In this document: positions 13,647-23,862 of the stretch, piece by piece
How the letters are laid out: the number at the start of each line of letters is the position of its first letter
Numbering within the stretch: position 1 is the stretch's first letter
Source: Gammaproteobacteria bacterium
GTDB lineage: Bacteria; Pseudomonadota; Gammaproteobacteria; Eutrophobiales; Eutrophobiaceae
Direction of reading: 5' to 3'
Assembly: GCA_963422205.2 (NCBI GenBank)
Contig: CAXMWX010000007.1
Span: 1-64,000, forward strand
Length of the DNA: 64,000 bases
Position numbers and translations under genes: made by a program
The notes under the pieces: generated by a model
What the model was told of the DNA's origin: nothing
Database searches by the model: none
The model's input: only the letters and a program-made list of their open reading frames with translations

Positions 13647-16600
13647 TTATTCCAGGTATTTTTTCAAAACCTGCTCCTTTTGTTTGGGTAGTGCTGCTAT
13701 TTGATTTTCCAATACCTCTATTTGAGATTCAATAGCTTCGATTTGAGCTACTATTTTTTCTTGCTCGGAGAGTGGGGGGAAGGGGATTTTGATTCCCTGA
13801 ACCCTGTCGATTGAAGCTCTTTTATTTCTTGAAAATTCAGCCTGCTTTCCTTTCTGATTTAGCGCATAAGCCAGATATTTTTCTTTAATGATTGGTTGTT
13901 TGATTCTTAAATAACCACAATGATCGGTCGGATAAAACGGCTTGTTGGCCGGAATAACATTCACCATCCAGTCTCCATCTATTCCCCAAACAACAGAAGG
14001 TAAACTAAAATCTGTTAAAAGTTCTTTATCAATATACCCAAAGGGAGCAAAGACATTTGCACTATAAACAGGGTACTTGCCCCGACTTTGAATTTCACTT
14101 TTTAAAGCCCTTTTGCCTATTTTGGTTTCAAATATTTCAGTATCGCTGAGACGAACAGATTTGTCAGACTTGTTAAATAAATTCAGATAAAGTCTTTCTA
14201 TATTTTTTCTGCATTGATTTATTTCTTCCTCCGCCTTTTGCTCCTGCTGTTCCAAAACTTCAATCTCAGCGACTATTTTTTCTTGAATTGCTTTTGGTGG
14301 CAGGGGGATTTTTATTTTTGATAAATCATCTACATAAACATGAGGCTGGGCCTGTCCTCGTTGCAGTTGGTAAACTTCTTTTTGTACGCTTTTTAGAAAA
14401 TGAAAGATGAGAGCAGTTGAAATTAAATCTTCATCTTTTGATTTGATGGTGTTGCAGTCAGAAGCAAATATGGGTTGATTAAAATAATTGATGAATCCTG
14501 CGTATGCACCAGAAGCACTAACGGTAATGATGTTCCCGTCTCTATTCGCTTCATTATGATAATAGGCAGGGCTTTGACCTCCGGCAATTACCGGGATATT
14601 TCCTGTTATTACCTTAGACTCTGTGATGGCCTTGCCTTTTTGAATCGTCGAGATTTCATTTAAAAACTTCAAGTTGGAGCTTTCCCATAGCTTTTCAAAT
14701 TCCACTTTTTTAGTCGAGAGCGAAATATCCTTTTCAAAACTTGCTCGGTCAAAAGCGAGCATGTCTCTCAGGTGTTGATAGCTTATGTTTTCTTGTAAAT
14801 TTTCAGGGATGGGCAGGTCAAAGTTGTCTTTGAAAGCATGATAAACATAATGGCTGGCTTTTTCGGGGTTTTCAAACGACTCGGCATCGTAGAGGTGGGT
14901 ACACTCGTCTATTCTTTTGCTTCTTTGGATTGGATGAATGCCTTCACTGCCTCTGCGGAAGCTAAACTCATAACCTAAGAAACGCTTTTCCTCGTTTTTC
15001 TCGCCTGTTTTTATCAACACTACTTTTTGTGAGTAGGTAAGAATGAAATAGAGGATTTTCTCCTGCTCCAGCTTCAAAATGGCATTCCAGCGTTCCTTCT
15101 CACTTTTCGCCTTTATTTTCTGGTTGTATTCCCGGTATGTCTCGTGCTGTTCTATTTTTTCGTTTGGATTTTTTTGCAGCAGGGTCTTGTAATCATCAAA
15201 ACTTATGCTTTCCCATACATCCGCTACGTATTTTGAAACGGGGTATTCTATACCGTTTATGGTGACATCTTTTTGATTCTCCAATACACTTTTTACAGCT
15301 TTTTCAATGTTAGGGGCATCGGCATTATTCCTTCTTCTCAAAAACAGAGTGACGGTTTTGGTGCCTGTCTCCATGAAGGTGTTGGAGCCTAATTCGGCAA
15401 TAGCCAACACTTCAAAATATTTTAGAATAATTTCTCTGGCTTGAATGTAAATGCCATCATTGCTCAGGATACTGCTTGGTAAAATAATCCCGACCAAGCC
15501 ACCGTCTTTCAGGAGTTGTTTGGCACGCTCGACAAACAGGCATTCTATATCGTCGCTATCGTCTGTTAAATGTGGATATATTTCAAAATCCTGTTCAGTA
15601 TAGTATTTCCGTGCATTGTTTTTAAAAGAAGAGACCGAATAAGGTGGGTTAGAAATCACAACATCAAATTGATTGTTTTCTTTTGGGAAGTCCTCATCCG
15701 TTTTGGTCAACAGTCCGTTGTACTCTTTGGTGTTTTTAAAACTCCCCAAGCCGTCGCTGTGTACGATTTGTGCCAGACCGTCTCCATGCAAATAACAGCC
15801 TACTTTTCCCACTTTCACCAAGCGATAATCTTTTTCTATGCCATAGATATACTGTAGTGCCCAATCAAACTTGTCATCTTTCCAGCTACGAATTTTTTTT
15901 GCAGTATCTGGCAAGTAATCGTCAGGGTTTTGGTTATCAATCAGTCGCTGTATTATGTGCATGCTTTCGGTGATAAAATGCCCGCTGCCTGATGCGTAAT
16001 CTATTATTTTGGGCAATAAGTCATCTCTTCCCCCTTTTCCTAATTTTTCCCTGGTTAAGTCATCTAAAGGCAAACTTCTGATAATAAATTGTGCTATGGG
16101 AACCGGGGTAAAATATTGTCCGCTTTCCTGTTTTAGCCCTGTGGTCAAGAGGAGTTCAAAAAAGTCTGAAAGGTATTGTTGTTTTTTGGTGTATCTGATT
16201 TTGAAGCCCTGTAACAACTCAACCACCTCTTTTACCACCACCGCATTTTCCTCAAACGAATCGGTATTGAACACCTCTTTTATGGCAAATTCATTGTTTT
16301 TTTCCAGCCGGATTTTAGTGAGGATATCTTTTATTTGCTCTCTGGTATCGTTGTCTAATGCCCCATATTTTTTGTCGAAGGCGGCATCTGAAATGTCGGT
16401 TATTTCTTTTTCTAAAAACTCCTGCATGCCTTTGGCATATAAATCGGTTAAGCGTTTTTGAAACGATACATGGTCGTCAGGCGGATAGGAAATACCCTCA
16501 TATTGATAGGGAGAGTAAAACCACTGAAAAGCTAATTCTTGATTAGGTCTGGTGTGTTTTTCATCATAAATTTTGCATAAGAAAAGCGTAAATATTTTGT

Positions 16601-17348
16601 TAAACGCATTGGGTTTATCAGAAACTACATTGTGGCGTAAAATCTCTAAAAACTGGTTGAAAATAAAGCTACTGTCTGTTTCTGCAATGTCTTTGAGGTC
16701 TTCAGGGGTTAGGGCTTTACTTTCAAATTGGTAGAGCGTTACCCAATCCTCAAATATTCCGTTTGATTTAGGCAGTTTATTCCAACGATGAAAAAAATCT
16801 TCCACATTGGAAGTTTGTCTATATTCTTCTTCAATGTTTATGATCACATTTGAATACTGAATTTCTTGACCGGCCAGTTCAGAAGCATAGAGCATTAAAA
16901 TATCTACACTCTTATCTTGCTGGAAATAAGTGAAAAGCTGCCCTCCGTTTTTATGAAGATTGTTTAATTCTTTTTCAAATTCCTTACCCCATGTTTTGCA
17001 TTCAATCATCAGGTAAGCCGGGCCGTCATCACGAGCAACCAGAATATCTAACCGTCCGCTTGTCCCATGACCAGTAGGGTAGGTTTTTTCCAGCGTAATG
17101 TTTTGCGGCGGGTAGCCTTTTTCAAGCAGCCTGTCCACACATTCCAACACGACCCAGTTTTCGGCTTGGGAGAAATTTTGTGTGGTTTTGCTTTCCGACT
17201 TTATCTTATTACCAAAATGGAATTGCTCATTACCGAAGTCGATTTCAACCGTATAATTGTTATGATTGGTATACTGCTTCTGAAAGACGCCCGAAGACTT
17301 TTCTTTGGAAGCAAACCCCAATGCCTGTGTGAATTTTATGCAGTCCAT
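13647..17348 (-). CDS. Single-chain restriction-modification-specificity enzyme (Type IIG/Type I-like R-M-S fusion)
   Basis: N-terminal PD-(D/E)xK nuclease (RLDILV...IECK), N6-MTase motif I (IDYASGSGHF) and motif IV (NPPY), two C-terminal HsdS-like TRD repeats (IPLPPKAIQEKIV; IPFPPLSEQEKIV). Confidence 0.88.
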   Translation of the reverse strand: MDCIKFTQALGFASKEKSSGVFQKQYTNHNNYTVEIDFGNEQFHFGNKIKSESKTTQNFSQAENWVVLECVDRLLEKGYPPQNITLEKTYPTGHGTSGRLDILVARDDGPAYLMIECKTWGKEFEKELNNLHKNGGQLFTYFQQDKSVDILMLYASELAGQEIQYSNVIINIEEEYRQTSNVEDFFHRWNKLPKSNGIFEDWVTLYQFESKALTPEDLKDIAETDSSFIFNQFLEILRHNVVSDKPNAFNKIFTLFLCKIYDEKHTRPNQELAFQWFYSPYQYEGISYPPDDHVSFQKRLTDLYAKGMQEFLEKEITDISDAAFDKKYGALDNDTREQIKDILTKIRLEKNNEFAIKEVFNTDSFEENAVVVKEVVELLQGFKIRYTKKQQYLSDFFELLLTTGLKQESGQYFTPVPIAQFIIRSLPLDDLTREKLGKGGRDDLLPKIIDYASGSGHFITESMHIIQRLIDNQNPDDYLPDTAKKIRSWKDDKFDWALQYIYGIEKDYRLVKVGKVGCYLHGDGLAQIVHSDGLGSFKNTKEYNGLLTKTDEDFPKENNQFDVVISNPPYSVSSFKNNARKYYTEQDFEIYPHLTDDSDDIECLFVERAKQLLKDGGLVGIILPSSILSNDGIYIQAREIILKYFEVLAIAELGSNTFMETGTKTVTLFLRRRNNADAPNIEKAVKSVLENQKDVTINGIEYPVSKYVADVWESISFDDYKTLLQKNPNEKIEQHETYREYNQKIKAKSEKERWNAILKLEQEKILYFILTYSQKVVLIKTGEKNEEKRFLGYEFSFRRGSEGIHPIQRSKRIDECTHLYDAESFENPEKASHYVYHAFKDNFDLPIPENLQENISYQHLRDMLAFDRASFEKDISLSTKKVEFEKLWESSNLKFLNEISTIQKGKAITESKVITGNIPVIAGGQSPAYYHNEANRDGNIITVSASGAYAGFINYFNQPIFASDCNTIKSKDEDLISTALIFHFLKSVQKEVYQLQRGQAQPHVYVDDLSKIKIPLPPKAIQEKIVAEIEVLEQQEQKAEEEINQCRKNIERLYLNLFNKSDKSVRLSDTEIFETKIGKRALKSEIQSRGKYPVYSANVFAPFGYIDKELLTDFSLPSVVWGIDGDWMVNVIPANKPFYPTDHCGYLRIKQPIIKEKYLAYALNQKGKQAEFSRNKRASIDRVQGIKIPFPPLSEQEKIVAQIEAIESQIEVLENQIAALPKQKEQVLKKYLE

Positions 17349-17712
17349 CTGTGGTTCATATTTCAGTAGATCATGGAAAAATACGAAGAAATCACGCCAC
17401 GGTGACCGATTTTGCTAAATTTCATAGCGATATATCATACATCTCGCCATCTATACATGCATCCATTAGGTAAGAATCTTTTGACAATATTACAATATCA
17501 GGATTTGTAGGAATAGGAATATTCATATGCCTGACAAGTAACTTGTTTTGAATAGTCCGCTACCAGCTACTATCACAGCATCCTGGAGCGGTTGTTTTTC
17601 CAAACCCTCAACACGCCCATGGGCCAGCGCCGGGCCGATTTGCCAGCAGCTGCCGTGTGCATTCCGTTCCTCAATGGCGGGCTGTTTGAGCCGGGCAGCA
17701 ATGACTTTTACG

Positions 17713-17732
17713 CCCCCCCCCCCCCCCCCCCC
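17713..17732 (+). repeat. Poly-C homopolymer (C20) at a frameshift
   Basis: 20 consecutive C; the reading frame changes across the tract. Confidence 0.95.
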
Positions 17733-19593
17733 GCACACGGGCGGCACGGGGCTTTCAAAAAATCTCAATACGCTGGTCATCCCCGATGGCTGGTTTGGCG
17801 ATTTCTTCCAATTCCTGGAGCAATACCACTTTACCATCGATGAGAATTCGCTGACCGATGTTCAGGTGAGCGTCGACCCGGAAATGCTGGGGCGCATCTT
17901 TGAAAACCTGCTGGCCGAAATCGACCCCGAAAGTGGCGAGACCGCCCGCCGAGCCACCGGCAGTTTTTACACGCCCCGTGAAATTGTGGACACCATGGCC
18001 ACGATGAGCCTGCTGCACTATTTGCACCGCAAAACCGCCCTGCAAAGCCTTGACCCGGAGGCGACGTGGTGGATTGAGCGGCAAGTCAGGCGCATCGAAA
18101 ATCCGGCGCTCAAAGAAAAAATCAAAGCCAAACTGGACGCATCAAGCGTACAATACGCCTGTAAAATCGGCATCCAGCCCATCGCCACAGAAATCGCCCG
18201 TTTGCGCTGCTTCCTGACCCTGATTGTCGATGAAAACATTGACGAGAGTCAGGACAACCGCGGCATTGAACCCCTGCCCAACCTCGAATTTAAATTTCTC
18301 ACCGCCGATGCGCTCGTCAAACTGCCCGAAGAGGTTCAAGGCGAACTATTCAACGCCAACAACCAACTCGAAGAATTGCGCCGCCTGCGCCATGACTACC
18401 TGCAAAGCTATGGCGAATCCAAGGAAAATATCAGACAGAAATTTGGGCGTATCCAGCATCAAATCTATGGCGAGCAAATCGAGCAGGGAGTCGCCCTGAA
18501 CGTCAACAGCCGAGCGTATTTGATCAGCGCCTGGCAACCCGCCGTATATTCAAATGCAGAAAAACGGCGGCGCACTGGCCCATCAATACACGCCGTGCAA
18601 CTACCAAACCCACGAGCGCACCGGCGACATCTACGCCCTGTTCTATGAGCGCGGTATCGAGCTGCTCAGCGAGCAGGGGCACCTGTGTCTCATCACCTCC
18701 AACAAATGGATGCGCGCCCGATACGGCGCATCGTTGCGTCAATTCCTCAGCCGCCAAAACCCCTTGCGGTTGCTGGATCTGGGGCCGGGCGTCTTTACCG
18801 CCACAGTGGACACCAACATCCTGCTGGTGCAAAAAGCCGACAACCAAAACGCCCTGTACGCCCTCACGCTGGCCGAGAAATCCCAACTCGGCCGCCTGGC
18901 GCCAAGCGCTTGGCAACCCCTGCCCGCCCCGTCAAAAGCCGCCTGGATGATCCTCACGCCCACCCAACGCGCCCTCAAAGAAAAAATAGAACGCCTCGGC
19001 ACCCCGCTCAAAGACTGGGACGTGGAGATTTACCGAGGAATCCTCACCGGCTGCAACGATGCCTTTATCATCAACACCGCCCGGCGGGATGCCCTCATCA
19101 AAGCCGACCCCAAAAGCGCCGACATCCTCAAACCCATTTTGCGGGGCCGCGACATCAAACGCTATCGGCATGAATGGGCGGGGCTGTGGGTGATTGCTAC
19201 ATTTCCGGCTTTGCGCTTAAACATCGACGATTATCCTGCGGTGAAACGCTACTTGCAGTCATTCGGCAAACGACTGGAACAAAGCGGCGCAAAAGGAAGC
19301 CGTAAAAAGACACGCAACCAGTGGTTTGAAACACAAGACCAAATCAGCTACCACCAAGCCTTTGAAAAGGAGAGGGTGGTGTGGACGGATATAGCTACCA
19401 AGCCTACTTTCAAAGTATTAGAGAAGGGTATCTATTTTAACAATACTGTTTACATGCTTTATGGGGCAAGCCCAAAGTATCTTAATGGAGTTTTAAACTC
19501 GCGAGTCATTGAATATTATTTTCCGCTGATTGCTACAGACTTAGGAGACAAGGGTAGCAGATATTTCAAGCAGTTTGTAGAGCAAATTCCCAT

Positions 19594-19711
19594 CCCCGCC
19601 ATCACCCCTGCCAATCAATCGCAAGTCAGCGAGATAGAAACGTTGGTGGATGCTATTCTCGGTATGAAGGATATAAAACCTATAAGGTTTGCGAAACCTT
19701 ATAGGTTTGAA
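19594..19711 (+). repeat. Direct repeat copy 1 (3' end of the IIG gene, includes a 33-bp palindrome at 19676-19708)
   Basis: CCCCGCCATCACCCC...GAGATAGAAACGTTGGTGGAT...AAACCTATAAGGTTT-GCG-AAACCTTATAGGTTT; matches 22609-22716. Confidence 0.9.
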
Positions 19712-19837
19712 GAGGAGAAGGCAATCGACCGCCTGGTTTACAAGCTGTATGGCTTGACAGAGGGAGAGGTTGAAATTGTGGAGAAGGGTTGATGGGGGTA
19801 TCTTGCGGGGGTGGGTTTAATATAAAAGTGCAGAGTG

Positions 19838-22078
19838 ATGATCAATAAAATTTCTATAAAAAACATAGCGACTTTTGATGATAAGGGCATTGAGGCCACT
19901 GATCTGAAAAAGATAAATTTCTTTTATGGTGTAAATGGCAGTGGTAAAACCACCGTCTCCAACTTTGTCCATGAACCGAGCAACCCTAAATATAATGATT
20001 GTCAAATAGAATGGCAAAATGATACTGAACTAAAAACACTGGTTTACAATAAGGGTTTTCGCGAGCGAAACTTTGGCAAGGGAACAATTCCGGGGGTTTT
20101 TACGCTAGGTCAGGCTACAAAGGAAGAGATCAAAGCGATTGAACATAAAAAGGAAGAACAAACAAAGATTAAAGGCGAAGAAGTTCAGAAAAAGGAAACT
20201 TTAGAAAAGCAAACAGAGAAGAGGAGACAATTAAAAGAAGAGTTTAAAGAAAAGGTTTGGCAGTCCATCTACAAAAAACATGAAGAATATTTCAAAGAAG
20301 CCTTTAGGGGAGCAATAGGCAGCAAAGAGGCTTTCAAAAGCGAATTGCTCAGACAGTATGAGCAAAATGATTCTAACTTAAAAACTATTGAGGAATTAAA
20401 AGAAAATGCAAAAAATATTTTGGGCGAACGCCCTGAAAAAATATCAGAAATACCAGTTGTTGATTTTAATCGAATATCAGAGATAGAAACAGATGAAATA
20501 TGGGAAAAGAAAATTATAGGGAAATCAGATGTGGGGATAGCCAAATTTATTCAGCGTCTGAATATTAATGATTGGGTAAATGAAGGGAGAAAATACCTAC
20601 AACAAGAAGACGAAACTTGCCCTTTTTGCCAACAGGAGACCATCACAGCGAATTTTAGAAGTCAACTGGAAGACTACTTTGACGAAACTTTTTCGGATAA
20701 CATCAAAAAGATTCAGGAGCTAACAGAGGGATATGTCAGACTTTTTGAAAATATCAGCAATGAGTTGCAACAAATTGAAAATAATCAAAAAGACACGCAG
20801 ACAAAGCTCGATTTAGACAAACTCTCCTCGCCTTTAAAAACCTTCAGCAGTCAGGGAATAAACAACAAAGAACTTCTGAATAGCAAGCTAAAAGAACCCA
20901 GCAGAGAAATCACTTTAATAAACACGAAAGAACAGTTAGAAGCTATTGGAGGCTTAATTAATGCTGCTAACCAGGCAATTCAGCAACACAACAATATCGT
21001 GGATAACTATGAGACTGAGAGAAGGAAACTAATAAATGAAATATGGAAATATCTAATTCATAGCAACAGCACTGAAATTGAGGATTTTCTAAGAAAGGAA
21101 AAAGGACTTGAAAAAGGGATTCAGAATATTTCACAAGATGTTGAGAAACTGCGTAGGGATTATCAAACGCTTGATACAAAAATTAAAAACCTGACAAAAA
21201 ACGTAACGAGCGTACAGCCGTCCGTTGACGCTATAAACGACACTTTACAATCTTTTGGTTTTGAAAATTTTAGGATTGCCCCTCATCAGACAGATAACAA
21301 CCATCAGTACGTAATTCAAAGGGAAAACGGAGAACTGGCAGAATCCACTTTAAGTGAAGGAGAAATCACGTTTATTACATTCCTTTACTTTATGCAATTA
21401 GCCGAAGGAAGTACAAATGAAGATAATATCACGGAGGACAGGGTTTTGATTGTTGATGATCCTGTTTCCAGTTTAGACAGCAACGTTTTATTTATCGTTA
21501 GCACTTTACTCAAAGAAGTTATAAAAGCGATTAAAAAAGATACAGGTAGTGTCAAACAAATGATTTTGCTCACACATAATGTATATTTTCATAAAGAAGT
21601 ATCATTTATTAACGGGAGAATAAAGGAATGTAATGACGCTAACTGTTAGATCTTGAGGAAAGCAGAAAAAGTATCTTCCTTGCAAAGTTACGGAGTGAGT
21701 AACCCTATTCAAAATTCCTATGAGTTGCTTTGGAGTGAACTATTGCTTTGGAAAGATCCAGATAAAAGATGTAATAAATCAGCAACTACTATCCAAAATA
21801 CAATGAGACGGATCATTGAAAACTACTTTAAAATACTTGGTAAGTATGGAGACGAAGATTTAATTAACAAGTTTGGAAATCCGCATGAAAAAGAAATATG
21901 CAGGTCATTGATTTGCTGGATAAACGAAGGTTCGCATACCATTCCGGACGACTTATTCGTGGAATCCTCAGACAATACAATCGACAACTACTTTAAAGTC
22001 TTTAAGTCGATTTTTCAAAAAACAGGGCATATTGAGCATTACAATATGATGATGAAAGAAAACCCAACAAGTCACTAA
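19838..22078 (+). pseudogene. RloC-like AAA_13 ATPase with zinc hook and C-terminal HEPN nuclease, split by an in-frame TAG at 21647-21649
   Basis: Walker A YGVNGSGKT, CPFC hook, LSEGE, IVDDPVSSLD, LTHN; the same frame continues after the TAG with RRIIENYF...NEGSH. Confidence 0.8.
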
Positions 22079-22231
22079 TTCCTCTGCAAATGCAAGTTTG
22101 TGATTTGTACTACTAGGTAGCACAGCCCCAACAGCATAAGTCTGGAGTCTTGCGCCAAAGGGGAGGTGCTTTTTCGCTTGCTCCAATAGGTTGCACAGCA
22201 TATCATTTGTTTAACTACATTTGTTCAACGC

Positions 22232-22453
22232 ATGAAAACAACGACAGAAATCAGGATATTTGAATTGCTCAGTGAGAAATTCTCTCCCGAAGCATCAAAA
22301 GAATTAGTTAAAGAAATTAAATCCATGACGCAGGACGACTTGGCTGAAAGGATCGAATCAAAGATCATTTCCACGCTTACCTGGCGGTTGCTGTTTTTCT
22401 TTATTGCCCAGGTGGGCTTTACCATCACGCTCATTAAGCTGATGGGTCAATAA
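22232..22453 (+). CDS. Small protein with C-terminal TM helix (DUF1640/CCDC90-like)
   Basis: 73 aa; helical N-terminus and hydrophobic C-terminus (LTWRLLFFFIAQVGFTITLIKL). Confidence 0.6.
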   Translation: MKTTTEIRIFELLSEKFSPEASKELVKEIKSMTQDDLAERIESKIISTLTWRLLFFFIAQVGFTITLIKLMGQ

Positions 22454-22608
22454 ATGAGGGCATAAATCAACCACCGGCCGCAAGCCCCCCACCAGCACAA
22501 GTACGTAACCCAGGCTATACGAGTGGCACACTCCCTCCTTATGAACAGCCTGTGCAATCCCCTTACAAGCCCGTGAATGGAGACAGTTCAGCCCGAGGGG
22601 ACTCCCCG

Positions 22609-22716
22609 CCCCGCCATCACCCCCACCAATCAATCGCTGGTCAGTGAGATAGAAACGTTGGTGGATACTATCCTCGGTATGAAACCATAAGGTTTGCGAA
22701 ACCTTATAGGTTTGAA
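22609..22716 (+). repeat. Direct repeat copy 2 (orphan copy of the IIG 3' end with palindrome)
   Basis: Near-identical to 19594-19711 apart from a short deletion and substitutions. Confidence 0.88.
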
Positions 22717-22728
22717 AAGATTGAACCA

Positions 22729-22900
22729 ATGGGCGCAAAAGCCGTCGTTCCGAATCGCTGCCATCAACGCAAAAAAAGATCTTTTGATGCAATTTTATAT
22801 AAAGAAACCTCATTGAAAGGCTGTTGTCTAAATGAAAGCACTGCCGCCGCATCGCCACTCGTTTTGATAAGAAACTCTCCCACTATGCTGGCTTTCTATT
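22729..22900 (+). mobile_element. IS5-family transposase C-terminal remnant
   Basis: Frameshifted reading GAKAVVPNR...FDAILYKE / LIERLLSK / KHCRRIATRFDK resembles the IS5/IS427 C-terminal motif. Confidence 0.7.
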
Positions 22901-23042
22901 TATATCAATAAGTTATAATGCGAATAATAGGTAATATATTACGTATGATTGTGCATTTTCAGCAGGCAGATAACCCGGCAGATAACATGGACACGCCGTG
23001 TATGATGAACCCGGATGACCGGCTGGATTCAGGCCGGCGAGT

Positions 23043-23705
23043 TTGGATGATGAGATGACCGTACCGTCTGCCCGATCATTGGGCATGTTGTTACTGCTGA
23101 CGCCTCATGTCGCCACCTTGGCGGTTGAGAAAATCGTCATTTCCGGGCTGTTCAAGGACAAGGCGATCGTCGAGATAGACGGCCAGCGGCGCATGTTGCA
23201 GAAGGACATCCCCTCCCCTGAGGGGGTCATCTTGAGACAGGCCAACAGCAAATTCGCCGTCCTTGAGATCGATGGCAAGCAAAAACAGTATCGCCTGGGG
23301 AGTCATATCGGTGCAAATTATGCCGTTGCCAGCGATGCCAGGATCGTGACCATCGCCCCGAATGCAAAAAATGATTACCATGTCAGCGGCAGCATCAACG
23401 GCTTTCAGGTCAGGTTTGTCGTTGATACAGGCGCCACGCTGGTCACCTTGAACAAAAATGTCGCCCGGCGTATTGGCATTCCCTATCGCCTTGAGGGACA
23501 AAAGCGGCCGTTCAACACCGCATCGGGAGTTGATGATTTTTATGTCGTCACCTTAAAGCAGGTCAAGGTGGGTGAGATTAGCTTAAACAACGTACAGGCC
23601 GCCGTCAGCCATAATGAATTTCCGCAACTGGTGCTGCTGGGTAACAGCTTTTTAAGCCGGGTGAACATGCAGCGCCGGGGGGCTATCATGCGGCTGTCTG
23701 ATTAG
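23043..23705 (+). CDS. Retropepsin-like (clan AA) aspartic protease
   Basis: FVVDTGAT catalytic motif and LLGNSFL; hydrophobic N-terminus. Start uncertain. Confidence 0.85.
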   Translation: MDDEMTVPSARSLGMLLLLTPHVATLAVEKIVISGLFKDKAIVEIDGQRRMLQKDIPSPEGVILRQANSKFAVLEIDGKQKQYRLGSHIGANYAVASDARIVTIAPNAKNDYHVSGSINGFQVRFVVDTGATLVTLNKNVARRIGIPYRLEGQKRPFNTASGVDDFYVVTLKQVKVGEISLNNVQAAVSHNEFPQLVLLGNSFLSRVNMQRRGAIMRLSD

Positions 23706-23862
23706 AACAAAACGCTTAATTCCAGCCAACGCCTTTGATAAACTGATCGCCTGTATCACCGAGATTTAAGAAAGCGAGACGCACACCCTTGCACGAAAGG
23801 CGGCCGGGTTGGGTTTGCAAGAACAGCCTCTATAAATTCATCTGCCTTGGAGAAATCACAGT

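Larger units (their letters stand above)
17562..19792 (+). pseudogene. Decayed Type IIG (Eco57I/TaqI-C-like) restriction-methylase
   Basis: Three frames carry consecutive IIG motifs: YYHSILERLFF...IPFLNGGLFE; DPEMLGRIFENLL...GSFYTPREIV; GNPPYIQ...TaqI-C (ILRGRDIKRY, LNS, IDRLVYKLYGLT). N-terminal nuclease and SAM-binding motif I are missing. Confidence 0.85.
13400..22950. mobile_element. AT-rich defence island (R-M systems, RloC-like gene, IS5 remnant)
   Basis: Abrupt shift to AT-rich sequence after gluQ; carries defence genes; IS remnant at the right edge. No integrase seen; boundaries approximate. Confidence 0.7.
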
